The notes beneath the pieces were generated by a model that saw nothing but the letters and a program-made list of their open reading frames with translations, had not been told where the DNA came from and did no database searches. Shown in pieces: positions 19,488 to 27,890 of a stretch of 64,000 nucleotides of DNA. Source of the stretch: Patescibacteria group bacterium (GTDB lineage Bacteria > Patescibacteriota > Minisyncoccia > Phycocordibacterales > PALSA-1337); the NCBI GenBank assembly GCA_040387635.1, contig JAZKDJ010000001.1:51851-115850 (forward strand), written 5' to 3'. How positions within the stretch are numbered: the stretch's first letter is position 1; every line of letters starts with the position of its first letter. Position numbers and translations under genes: made by a program.

Positions 19488-19514
19488 GTTTTATAGTATA
19501 CATCTTTATACATA

Positions 19515-19546
19515 TAAAAAACCAACCACAAATTCATGCGGTTGGT
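19515..19546 (-). terminator. Terminator of the DNRLRE-like gene
   Basis: On the minus strand: ACCAACC-loop-GGTTGGT followed by TTTTTTATATG. Confidence 0.55.
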
Positions 19547-19592
19547 GGATGGAAGATTTCTCTCCCAACGATACTATCGTGTTGTGTGCTGG

Positions 19593-20258
19593 TTATTTCA
19601 GCAGCACGAGCAGAGGATGATTCTCTTCGGCCCTGGGGCCATTGAGATATACCCACTGGTCGCGATGCTCGGTTGAAACAAACCTCAACCCATGGTTGCT
19701 GTCGGGATCTTTGATCCACGATTTCGCGAGAGCTGTAATGTCGATATCAACCCACCCTTCTGCCGGCTTCACCGTTGTGAAGTATTCCGAGGAAGGGCGC
19801 ATTGAGAAGCGCATGCGTTCCGCCGTCCAAGACTCACCTGGTGCCTTCTTGATAGGAAGAGGATCCGCCGTCGTTACACGATAGACCTCCATCTTCTTAG
19901 GCATGTCGCGCTTGTCTTTCGAAAGAAAAACTCGCAGTGTCGCGTTAGTGAATTCTGCATTCGACATTGGGAATCTGAAGAAAACTTCGAATTGATCCCC
20001 ATTGCCACCGATCCGAGGTTCGGCAAGCCGGTTGCTGAGCGAATACCAGATGTTGTTGATGCCGCTGATGGGTCGAGACGTTTCACTGTCCACCCACTTT
20101 GGCTTACTGGTATTAATGGTTCGCGTTACCGGAGGTTCACTCGAGGCAACTGTTACCATCACGGCTCCCCAGTCTTCGGTAAGATGGGAAATGGTTTCTG
20201 CTCCTGCTGCCACATAGATGGCAGCAAAGAGCCCTGCAAGGCTCAATAGTTTTTTCAT
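19593..20258 (-). CDS. Secreted DNRLRE/CBM96-like domain protein (GC-rich)
   Basis: Signal peptide MKKLLSLAGLFAAIYVAAGA. Motifs are LSNRLAEPRIGG, FRFPMS...ATLRVFL, WTAERMRF, GWVDIDITALAKSWIKDPDSNHGLRF and NHPLLVLL. Confidence 0.5.
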   Translation of the reverse strand: MKKLLSLAGLFAAIYVAAGAETISHLTEDWGAVMVTVASSEPPVTRTINTSKPKWVDSETSRPISGINNIWYSLSNRLAEPRIGGNGDQFEVFFRFPMSNAEFTNATLRVFLSKDKRDMPKKMEVYRVTTADPLPIKKAPGESWTAERMRFSMRPSSEYFTTVKPAEGWVDIDITALAKSWIKDPDSNHGLRFVSTEHRDQWVYLNGPRAEENHPLLVLLK

Positions 20259-20312
20259 TATTCACTGATGCTGAGATTTCCCTTCTGGCACGTTACCAAA
20301 GGGTCTATACAT

Positions 20313-20341
20313 AGAATAGCACAAAAATGGACACATGTAAA
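20313..20341 (-). promoter_or_regulatory. Promoter of the DNRLRE-like gene
   Basis: On the minus strand: TTTACA (20336-20341), a 17-nt spacer, then TATTCT (20313-20318). Confidence 0.45.
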
Positions 20342-20347
20342 TAGACT

Positions 20348-20364
20348 CTTTGTGCATCACAAAG
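20348..20364. promoter_or_regulatory. Perfect 7-3-7 palindrome between divergent promoters (candidate operator)
   Basis: CTTTGTG-cat-CACAAAG lies 6 nt upstream of the minus -35 and 15 nt upstream of the plus -35. Confidence 0.45.
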
Positions 20365-20379
20365 CTTCATTAAATACCG

Positions 20380-20408
20380 TTGACGCAATATGAATTTAGT
20401 TGTAATTT
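20380..20408 (+). promoter_or_regulatory. Promoter of the radical-SAM-like gene
   Basis: TTGACG (20380-20385), a 17-nt spacer, then TAATTT (20403-20408). Confidence 0.5.
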
Positions 20409-20447
20409 GAAATCAGAATTCCACCCAAACCCAAAAAGGTCTTTGAT

Positions 20448-22289
20448 ATGAAATACTTCAGAATCATCCTCATGATGGCCCTTCTGGTTAAACCAGAGGT
20501 CGTCGAAAGTCTGCCCGACTTTTCAAAATGGCCTGATCCTAACAAGATCAAGTTTGACGCTGTAGAGCGTGCATACTACGACCACTCCCTTGAAAGCGAG
20601 AACTGGGCAATTGCCACAGTGATCGATTCCACCGGGAGACGCGCGTCGGCTCCAACAAGAATCCCGACCCAAAAGAAACTGGTGATCTCGTTCCACAAGG
20701 ACCTGCAACACCAGAGAAAAGCTTGTGCGGCGATGGCTGGCCTCTATATGACGCATGTCCAACGCAGCACTCGTCGACTCGTACTGATCAACGTCGAACA
20801 GATGCTCAACGAGCAAACTGGCGACAATCGTCAATATCGAGTTTGGCCACATCTCGGACTCATTTTTGTTGGCACAGTCGCAGACGAAGAAGGTTACGAA
20901 GTGGTCATGTGGGATGAGTACGCCGCAGGACCTGCTCCTTTGGAGCACCTCATTCGCCAGGGCGACATCGTCGGCTTAAGTCTCGTTGTTACCGGCATGG
21001 AACGTGGAGTAGCACTGGCTCAGAAAGCAAAAGAGCTTGGCGCGCAGTATGTCATCGCTGGAAATGACTCGGTGATCTTCCGGGCAAATCAGGTGATGGC
21101 ACTTCCCGATCGTCCAATCGACGCAGTTTTCACTGACAACAGCCTCACGGCCGTCCGTCGGTTCTTCCGAGAAATCGGAGAAAATAATATCGCACAGCTT
21201 CAAATCCCTGGTGTTCAAATCACTACAGGAGATGAAGTTCGTTCAAACGAACGTGATCGTCTTCTTGTTGAGCTCAAAACTCGCAAGAATGAAGGTATTA
21301 CAGAAGATGATGTCTTCGTAGTTCCAAAGCTCGAGCTTTATCCTCATTGGGAACAAGTATGGACTAGCTATCGCACAACATTCGGCCACAAGCATTCAAA
21401 CCCTGATACGGTGAAGAATGCTCTTGGGCTTTTTGCCCAGGGATGCACACGCACTCGCGGGAGTGATGTTTGTAGCTACTGCTCAATTGCAGGAGTTGCT
21501 GATGTACGTATTCCCTCAAGGGATATGGTTGCCCGTTCAATAGAAGCTTACAACAACTTCGGTGTGGACATGATGTTCAATGTTACGGACAGCTCCTACG
21601 AAATGCACAAGGTCATCAAGATGCTTCAGGAGCTCGGTGCTTCCTGGAAATCGATGGAGATCTACGGCAGGTCGCAAGGCATTGCCCGTAATCCGCACTT
21701 GCTCGGTGAATGGCAAAAAGTCGCCACGGAGCGATTGCTCATCAATGTCGGAATGGATTCCGGCAGCGACGATATGCTCTTGAAAGGTGTCGTGAAGTCA
21801 TCTATCGAAGGCTGCGGCAGTCGTCTCGAAGAAAACAAAGAGGCGGTCAAGCGCATCCGGCAAGCTGGCGCGCATCTGCATTATTCCCTGATCTTCGGAT
21901 CTCCAGGCGAGTCAAAGGAAACCTGCGAAAGCAGTATCCAATTCCTCGAATGGACAATCGCAGTGCTCGGACACCAGCTCGACATTTGCGAAACGGACAT
22001 TTACTGGCTGAACTTCGGTTCACCGGCAAGTCGTGTGTTCCACGATTACAGTTACGCAGAGCGACTCACAGGAATGGCTGGAAAGTCCATTTCGCAGGAT
22101 GAGTGGCTTCGTGAATTCGTTAGCTACGCCAATACGCTCGTCGTTCCGATGTGTGTTGAGGAATCGTGGTATCGTCACTTCACAAGAATCGATCTTGATA
22201 CGGCGCAGGCTTACAACCAGCGCGCCGCCGAGATTATGGCGAACCACACTGGAAGTATTCGCGGCAGAGCTTTTAGACCGTCGGTTTAG
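20448..22289 (+). CDS. B12-binding-domain / radical-SAM-like enzyme with a non-canonical Cys triad (GC-rich)
   Basis: Rossmann-like B12-type region (GLIFVGTVADEEGYEVVMWDE ... IVGLSLVV ... AKELGAQYVIAGN) followed by GCTRTRGSDVCSYCS (C333-x8-C342-x2-C345) and TIM-barrel-like blocks (LINVGMDSGSDDMLL, HYSLIFGSPGES). Confidence 0.55.
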   Translation: MKYFRIILMMALLVKPEVVESLPDFSKWPDPNKIKFDAVERAYYDHSLESENWAIATVIDSTGRRASAPTRIPTQKKLVISFHKDLQHQRKACAAMAGLYMTHVQRSTRRLVLINVEQMLNEQTGDNRQYRVWPHLGLIFVGTVADEEGYEVVMWDEYAAGPAPLEHLIRQGDIVGLSLVVTGMERGVALAQKAKELGAQYVIAGNDSVIFRANQVMALPDRPIDAVFTDNSLTAVRRFFREIGENNIAQLQIPGVQITTGDEVRSNERDRLLVELKTRKNEGITEDDVFVVPKLELYPHWEQVWTSYRTTFGHKHSNPDTVKNALGLFAQGCTRTRGSDVCSYCSIAGVADVRIPSRDMVARSIEAYNNFGVDMMFNVTDSSYEMHKVIKMLQELGASWKSMEIYGRSQGIARNPHLLGEWQKVATERLLINVGMDSGSDDMLLKGVVKSSIEGCGSRLEENKEAVKRIRQAGAHLHYSLIFGSPGESKETCESSIQFLEWTIAVLGHQLDICETDIYWLNFGSPASRVFHDYSYAERLTGMAGKSISQDEWLREFVSYANTLVVPMCVEESWYRHFTRIDLDTAQAYNQRAAEIMANHTGSIRGRAFRPSV

Positions 22290-22312
22290 ACGGAAGCTCC
22301 TTAGTAAAACGC

Positions 22313-22355
22313 CAGGCCCTCGATGATGAATCGAGGGCCTGTTTTCTTTTATTTT
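22313..22355 (+). terminator. Intrinsic terminator of the radical-SAM-like gene
   Basis: CAGGCCCTCGAT-gatga-ATCGAGGGCCTG followed by TTTTCTTTTATTTT. Confidence 0.8.
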
Positions 22356-22420
22356 AATTCCTCAGCCAATCCAATGAAGGCGTTCGAGCGTTTCATTAAT
22401 TTACCTGAACTTATTAAGTG

Positions 22421-22455
22421 AAAATGATAAAACCCCAAGCCGAATGCTTGGGGTT
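22421..22455 (-). terminator. Terminator of the 113-aa ORF
   Basis: AACCCCAAGC-loop-GCTTGGGGTT followed on the minus strand by TTTATCATTTT. Confidence 0.7.
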
Positions 22456-22492
22456 GAAGTTATACGCATATCTTTCAAAAGCGTTTTAGATT

Positions 22493-22834
22493 TTATGGAC
22501 TCTTGCGATTCCATCGGTCGTATGCCTCGCTTGGTGACACGCAACCTCGAGACCAAACATCCTCTTCGTGAGATTGACTCTCGTGGAGAAGACTTACTGA
22601 GAATTTATCTGGCAGACGATAGGTGTCACCAGTCTCAGAGTCTGTGGACACATTTTCATCAAAGATGACATACCAAGCATATCCACGACGACGAAGCTCT
22701 CGACGAGCCACCCTTCGTTCACGATGGGTGCCACCACCACAATCACGACGATTTTCAACAACATCTTTCAATGTGTGAATTTCGGCTAGAGTTACGTTAA
22801 CAACGTTTCCTTGTCTATTAGTTACAGTTTGCAC
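22493..22834 (-). CDS. Hypothetical small basic protein (113 aa, GTG start)
   Basis: It is the only long ORF in a transcription unit bounded by a strong promoter and a terminator. It has an Arg-rich centre (THRERRVARRELRRRGYAWY). There is no SD and I recognise no family. Confidence 0.4.
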   Translation of the reverse strand: MQTVTNRQGNVVNVTLAEIHTLKDVVENRRDCGGGTHRERRVARRELRRRGYAWYVIFDENVSTDSETGDTYRLPDKFSVSLLHESQSHEEDVWSRGCVSPSEAYDRWNRKSP

Positions 22835-22878
22835 TTTGTTCTAGTCAGCCTTTCACTGAATCTCGCCCTGATTGTTTA

Positions 22879-22969
22879 GTCGCCGGGATTCGCGATCTAC
22901 TGCAAGAGCAGTAATTAAACACTGTTAGGTGTTCAATTCGCTACTCTCGAATAAATCCAAATCCGGCAC
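22879..22969 (-). promoter_or_regulatory. Structured 5' leader (closing helix plus three hairpins) upstream of the 113-aa ORF
   Basis: On the minus strand, GTGCCGGATT pairs with AATCCCGGCGAC. These enclose ATTCG-agagtag-CGAAT, AACAC-ctaaca-GTGTT and TACTGC-tctt-GCAGTA. Confidence 0.45.
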
Positions 22970-22991
22970 AATGAAAAAGAACACTATGTAT

Positions 22992-23019
22992 ATTATATCA
23001 TAGTTTTAGATAAAGTCAA
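22992..23019 (-). promoter_or_regulatory. Strong sigma70-like promoter (TTGACTTTA type)
   Basis: On the minus strand: TTGACT (23014-23019), a 16-nt spacer, then TATAAT (22992-22997). It abuts the 3' end of tRNA-Glu. Confidence 0.6.
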
Positions 23020-23024
23020 ATATG

Positions 23025-23096
23025 TGACCCTACAGAGAATCGAACTCTGATTTAAAGCTTGAGAAGCTTTCGTCCTAGCCGTTAGACGATAGGGCC
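23025..23096 (-). tRNA. tRNA-Glu (anticodon CUC)
   Basis: Hand-folded cloverleaf: acceptor GGCCCTA/TAGGGTC, anticodon loop TTCTCAA, T-arm CAGAG-TTCGATT-CTCTG. Confidence 0.9.
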
Positions 23097-23198
23097 AAAG
23101 TAGTGGGCCTTAGCGTTTAAAGGCTAAAAGGCACGCACTACGCACTAAAATATACTATATTTCTCAGACTTTTCAACCTTTTGACACGTTTGCCCACA

Positions 23199-24494
23199 TT
23201 ATGGGCGAGCAAGCCACTCTGGATCCTGACGTACGAGAAGCTCAGCAGCCTTGTCTGGTTCGAGGAGAAGAGCCTTGGTTACCCTCTCAAGTCGAGGTGA
23301 TTGCGAGCCTTTTATGAGAACAACATCTCCAGCTTTGATGTGATTAGGAAGTTCTTTCGCAGCATTATTTGAAGTATCAAAAGAAAGAATATTCTTCTCT
23401 AGCATTCCAGCCTTGAGCGCACCCTCTTTGATCTTTTGAGCGCGTACACCAACAGTAACGAGTAAGTCGCATGACGCTGCAGCCAGCGTACCGACATTTA
23501 TGTGCGCGTCTATAGCGAACTTACCGAGCTCCATCATATCTCCTAACACTGCAACCCTCCTTCCCTTCACGCTCGTAAGGGACGTAAGCGCTTCAGCTAC
23601 AGCATCAGGTGAAGAATTGTACGTATCGTCTATGAGCGTTGAGCTATTGATGCCGGAGATGATATTCATGCGTCCTCGAGGCGGAACGTGGGCTTCCGTA
23701 GCAGGAGCAATCTTCTCAAGCGTCAGTCCCTTGGCAATACCGACAGCTACGGCAGCAATTATTGGATGAACATGCTGTCGGCCAATAACACCCTTGAGCT
23801 GAATTCTTGCGATCTGACCCTTCCATCCCAAGCCAAACTTTATTCCCCACAAACTTCCCTTCTCGTCATAGACAACCTGGTAGTTGATTGCCTGTACGTC
23901 GTTTTTTACATTCTCCTCCATTCCAAACGTCATAATAGTATCTACATGAGCAGGCTTGATAGCTCGGATCTCAGGATCATCTCCATACAGGATTGCAGTT
24001 CCACCTTTTTGTATTCCATCGATGAGTGATTTTTTCTCATTGAAAACTTCCTGTCGAGATTTGAAAAACTCCACATGCACAGGCACAGCTCCAACCTTAG
24101 TGAGGATAGCAATATTTGGCTTCAGCCATTTAGCAACCTTCTTGATATCACCAGGATGATCAGCACCAATCTCCATAATGAGAATATCTGGATACTTAGT
24201 CTTGAAAATTATCTGATCAATTCCATCAGCAATGTTCTCGAACCACTTGATGACATTGGTCCAGGCGTTAGGGCATCCGAGAATAGTGAGCGGCACTCCA
24301 ATCTCACTATTAAAGCTCTTGTCGCTCTTACGTACGAAAAAATGGGGCGCAAGAACTGAATAAATAGCATCCTTGGTCGAAGTCTTTCCTACGCTTCCTG
24401 TCACTGCGATTACAAACGGTTTGTATTTGCGAATAATCAGCCTGGCTTCCATGTTGAGTATGGAGATGACGATTTTCCCAAGAAATGATTTCAT
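23199..24494 (-). CDS. murF: UDP-N-acetylmuramoyl-tripeptide--D-alanyl-D-alanine ligase
   Basis: Mur ligase P-loop VTGSVGKTSTKD, dcw-cluster context, 431 aa. Confidence 0.9.
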   Translation of the reverse strand: MKSFLGKIVISILNMEARLIIRKYKPFVIAVTGSVGKTSTKDAIYSVLAPHFFVRKSDKSFNSEIGVPLTILGCPNAWTNVIKWFENIADGIDQIIFKTKYPDILIMEIGADHPGDIKKVAKWLKPNIAILTKVGAVPVHVEFFKSRQEVFNEKKSLIDGIQKGGTAILYGDDPEIRAIKPAHVDTIMTFGMEENVKNDVQAINYQVVYDEKGSLWGIKFGLGWKGQIARIQLKGVIGRQHVHPIIAAVAVGIAKGLTLEKIAPATEAHVPPRGRMNIISGINSSTLIDDTYNSSPDAVAEALTSLTSVKGRRVAVLGDMMELGKFAIDAHINVGTLAAASCDLLVTVGVRAQKIKEGALKAGMLEKNILSFDTSNNAAKELPNHIKAGDVVLIKGSQSPRLERVTKALLLEPDKAAELLVRQDPEWLARP

Positions 24495-24511
24495 AAATTG
24501 ATTATACCTTA

Positions 24512-26218
24512 CTATCGATCTGGAGGAACCTGGTAATACGTAACAAGGAACTTGGCGATATCCGCGAACGGCATGGTAAGCGTTTCAGAAGCATACTGAG
24601 CACCCTTTGGATTTACTTGATATAGGAAAACAATAAACTTCGGATCATATGCCGGAAAATATCCGAAGAACGAGTGCAAATACTGATCAGCATGATACCC
24701 TCCAAGCTCTTGGTCAGCCACCTGAGCTGTACCTGTCTTGGCCGCGATACTATAGTGCTCCATTTTAATTTTTCCCTTAAGGAGTGCAGTATCAACAACC
24801 TTCACAAGCATCTTGGTTACCTCTACGGTAGTTTCCTTTTTGAGCACTCGCCTGCCAGGTGGGAATTCCAACGTCTTGCTTCCACCTACGTCGTAGTTAA
24901 TAGAAGAAACAACATGCGGCGTTACGAGCGTTCCACCGTTAGCAAGCGCTGCGAGGGACCTTACCATCGATACCGGAGTGAGAGCTATACCCTGTCCGTA
25001 TCCAGCCGTCACATGCTCCACGTCACGTTTGCTCTTGAGGTTCTCGATAATATTTCCTGACTCATTCGGAAGATCAATACCTGTTTTGTCGCTGAAACCA
25101 AAGTTGAGCATGTATTCAGAGAACGTATCATTACCAATCTTAGAAACAATATGTGCGATACCAGTGTTGAGCGACTGACTCAGGACTTCCTGCATATCAA
25201 CCCAACCTCGAGCTTTACCGTCGAAGTTAGAGATTCGTTTGTTGTTAAGAACAAGCGTACCTACGTCATTGTAGTGAGTAGTTGGTGTAACCGCTCCAGA
25301 ATCAATACCCACTGACATTGTAAGAGGCTTCACAATAGATCCGAACTCATATACATACTCAACGAGCGGATTTGAGAAAACTTTCGGATCACTTACGTCC
25401 TTGAGCAAATTAGGATTAAAGCTTGGCTTGGATGCCATAGCGTATATCTGACCCGTCTTTGGATTCATTATGATTCCACCTACGTGCTCTGGGCTCCATT
25501 GCTTAACAACTTCGCCAAGCTTGGTCTCAAGAACTCGTTCTACTTCTGGATCAATAGTTGTAACCACGTCTCCTTGAATAGGATCGCCGCTGATCGCCTT
25601 TTCGATACCTGAGAATATCTCTGCAAAAAAGTTCTTGTAGGTAGCACCCGAGCTTCTGCTCAATGTTTCTTCGTAGCTTCGTTCAATACCATAACGTCCT
25701 GCCAAAACATTGTCCTTGTAGCCAATCAATCCTATAGCATGGGAAGCAAGCTCCTCTCCAGGATACACGCGCCATCTATCCTTAAAAATCCTGATGCCAG
25801 GAATCTTCATTGCGTCTATAGCATCTCCTGTTTCCTTCTCAACTCTTTTTTTGAGTTCCTCGTATGGATCTTCTTTCTTTGCAGCTTTCGCTAGGAATGA
25901 AGTTTTATCCAAATCAATCTCAGTGCTTACCAGTTCGTATGCTTTCTCAGCATCTTCAATCTCCTTAGGAACCATTACAACAACATATCCATCCTTGGAC
26001 GTTGCTGCCGCTATCTCCTCACCTGAGTTAGATGTAAAAAAGACCGTACCACGATTGAAAAGCTCACCTTGTGGAGCTACGTACTGCCTGTCTGCTTTCT
26101 CTGTATAAATATTGCCCTGAACAATCTGCACCATGTAGAGCTTCACGACAATAAGAAGCGCGAAAAAGCACACAAAAAAAGCGATCAGTCTGATTCGAGG
26201 AATACTGTTAGAGTTCAT
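24512..26218 (-). CDS. ftsI: Penicillin-binding protein (FtsI/PBP3-type transpeptidase)
   Basis: N-terminal TM, SxxK (GSIVKP), SxN (SQSLNTG), KTG (AKTGTA), dcw context. Confidence 0.85.
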   Translation of the reverse strand: MNSNSIPRIRLIAFFVCFFALLIVVKLYMVQIVQGNIYTEKADRQYVAPQGELFNRGTVFFTSNSGEEIAAATSKDGYVVVMVPKEIEDAEKAYELVSTEIDLDKTSFLAKAAKKEDPYEELKKRVEKETGDAIDAMKIPGIRIFKDRWRVYPGEELASHAIGLIGYKDNVLAGRYGIERSYEETLSRSSGATYKNFFAEIFSGIEKAISGDPIQGDVVTTIDPEVERVLETKLGEVVKQWSPEHVGGIIMNPKTGQIYAMASKPSFNPNLLKDVSDPKVFSNPLVEYVYEFGSIVKPLTMSVGIDSGAVTPTTHYNDVGTLVLNNKRISNFDGKARGWVDMQEVLSQSLNTGIAHIVSKIGNDTFSEYMLNFGFSDKTGIDLPNESGNIIENLKSKRDVEHVTAGYGQGIALTPVSMVRSLAALANGGTLVTPHVVSSINYDVGGSKTLEFPPGRRVLKKETTVEVTKMLVKVVDTALLKGKIKMEHYSIAAKTGTAQVADQELGGYHADQYLHSFFGYFPAYDPKFIVFLYQVNPKGAQYASETLTMPFADIAKFLVTYYQVPPDR

Positions 26219-26543
26219 GAGCTAGAGCTCCAGCTGCGTGGCCAAGTGATTTCTTCGTAATATAAATAGTCTGAGCAGGTTCAGCCAAACCGCGTGAGCT
26301 CGCAAGCGAAAGGTCGAGCGTTGATCGTAGCTTGAAAAGCTCTGACTGCATGTCATGAATATCAGAAACGTATGTATGGTTTGCCTTAACGATCTTCTCT
26401 CTTTCTGCAATATTAAAAACTGTGTTTTGAATGAGAATAGCGTAGTAACCTACGAGCAATACAAGAAGAGCTATGAGAAAAAAGCAGATTCTCTCTCTGT
26501 ATACCAGCATTTTATTTGTACAATCTGCGATTACTTTTGTCAT
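26208..26543 (-). CDS. ftsL: FtsL-like cell-division membrane protein
   Basis: A single TM plus a coiled segment. It lies between rsmH and ftsI and overlaps both. Confidence 0.5.
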   Translation of the reverse strand: MTKVIADCTNKMLVYRERICFFLIALLVLLVGYYAILIQNTVFNIAEREKIVKANHTYVSDIHDMQSELFKLRSTLDLSLASSRGLAEPAQTIYITKKSLGHAAGALAHEL

Positions 26544-27427
26544 ACTTTTTGTATAATTCTCAATTTTGCGCTGCGTGAGCGTGGATTCTCCTCAACCTCT
26601 GTGTCACTGGGACATATTGGCCTCTTTGTTATTAAAATTCCCTTTCCTTCGTCCGAGTATGCCCTGTAGGCATGCTTCACGATTCTGTCCTCGAGACTGT
26701 GGAATGAGATGATTGCCATCCTTCCGTCCTTCTTGAGTCGATTGAAGCCCTTCTCCAAGCCTTCCTTGAGGCTTCCCAGTTCATCGTTTGTGGCGATCCT
26801 GAGTGCCTGGAAGGTCTTGGTTGCGTAATGGATTCTGCGATGATGGTACCAGCCCGGCGTTGCGTTCTTGATCACTTCAACGAGACCAAACGTAGTCTCG
26901 ATGGGAGCAAGCTTGCGAACAACTGTGATCGCCTTGGCAATTTTCCTGCTGAAGCTCTCTTCACCGTATTCAAAGATGATCCTTGCTAACTCTTCCTCAG
27001 GCCAAGAGTTAACGATCTCGTGAGCAGTGAGCTTGCCGGAAGTACTCTCAGCAAAGGTCATGAGGAGAGGCTCGTCCTTCCTGAAGGTAAACCCTCTACC
27101 TGAAACCTCGAACTGATCTGACGAGAGACCGAGGTCAAGCATCACAGCATCAACTTCCTTGATACCAAGACTGTCGAGCGCGCTGTCCAAGTTCCTGTAG
27201 TTATTGAGAACATAGTGAATGTTCTTTCCTTCTCCTAGAATTGTTTTGCTTCGCTCGATGGCATTCTGATCCTGATCGAAAGCAACAATTGTTATGTCAC
27301 CCTCGAGCGTATCGAATGCTAGCTTTGAATGTCCCCCGCTTCCGAGGGTGCCATCAACGTATATGGAGCCCTTCTTCAATGAAAGGCCTTCTATCGACTC
27401 ATGTAAAAGAACAGTTTTATGGACCAT
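26540..27427 (-). CDS. rsmH: 16S rRNA (cytosine1402-N4)-methyltransferase RsmH
   Basis: HKTVLLHESIEGL...DGTLGSGGHS...SFHSLEDRIVK. I trimmed the start to MVHKTVLL (ATG at 27427), directly after the mraZ stop. The stop is TGA, overlapping the ftsL ATG. Confidence 0.9.
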   Translation of the reverse strand: MVHKTVLLHESIEGLSLKKGSIYVDGTLGSGGHSKLAFDTLEGDITIVAFDQDQNAIERSKTILGEGKNIHYVLNNYRNLDSALDSLGIKEVDAVMLDLGLSSDQFEVSGRGFTFRKDEPLLMTFAESTSGKLTAHEIVNSWPEEELARIIFEYGEESFSRKIAKAITVVRKLAPIETTFGLVEVIKNATPGWYHHRRIHYATKTFQALRIATNDELGSLKEGLEKGFNRLKKDGRMAIISFHSLEDRIVKHAYRAYSDEGKGILITKRPICPSDTEVEENPRSRSAKLRIIQKV

Positions 27428-27428
27428 G

Positions 27429-27863
27429 TTAGAGCATTCCGACTTGGCCAAGCTTCTCAGCAAGCGAATCCGCCTGTCGCTCAACCACCTTCTTATACTC
27501 CTTCCATGAATCCTCGTTCCAGATTTCCACTCTATTCTGAACGCCGATGATTGAAACTTTCGTCTTCAATCCTGCACGATCTCGTAGAAAATCTGGCACA
27601 AGAACTCGTCCGATCGAATCAATCTCCGCCTCTACGGCTCCACCAAAAAGGAAGCGATTGAAGCTTCGGGTATCAGCCTGAAGCATGGAGGACTCAGCTA
27701 GGCGTGCTGAGATCCTCTCCCATTCCTTGATTGTGAAAACGAAAAGACAGTTATCAAGTCCTGGAGTTAACACGACTTTCTTCCCCATCTCCTGTCGAAA
27801 CTTGGATGGCATCGACAATCTATTTTTATCGTCGATTGAATGTGTGTATTCTCCGATTAACAT
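27429..27863 (-). CDS. mraZ: Transcriptional regulator MraZ
   Basis: MLIGEYTHSIDDKNRLSMPSKFR is a duplicated SpoVT-AbrB/MraZ fold. I trimmed the start from the track ORF, whose 5' extension covers the operator. Confidence 0.9.
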   Translation of the reverse strand: MLIGEYTHSIDDKNRLSMPSKFRQEMGKKVVLTPGLDNCLFVFTIKEWERISARLAESSMLQADTRSFNRFLFGGAVEAEIDSIGRVLVPDFLRDRAGLKTKVSIIGVQNRVEIWNEDSWKEYKKVVERQADSLAEKLGQVGML

Positions 27864-27890
27864 GATGTTGCCCAGCGAAAGAAAGCTATC

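Noticed and set aside
22444-22668. A 74-aa plus-strand ORF overlaps the 113-aa minus-strand ORF.
   Set aside because: It begins inside the terminator hairpin. The promoter and terminator geometry supports only the minus-strand unit.
23025-23096. I considered the tRNA-Glu-adjacent and tRNA-Leu-adjacent (56934-57016) islands as classical integrative elements.
   Set aside because: I found no integrase and no duplicated tRNA 3'-end (att-like direct repeat) at the distal island borders. The tRNA adjacency is noted as context only.
26540-26543. I considered an alternative genetic code with UGA recoded, as in some CPR lineages.
   Set aside because: rsmH ends in a TGA that overlaps the ftsL ATG (ATGA). 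All housekeeping ORFs are full length under code 11.
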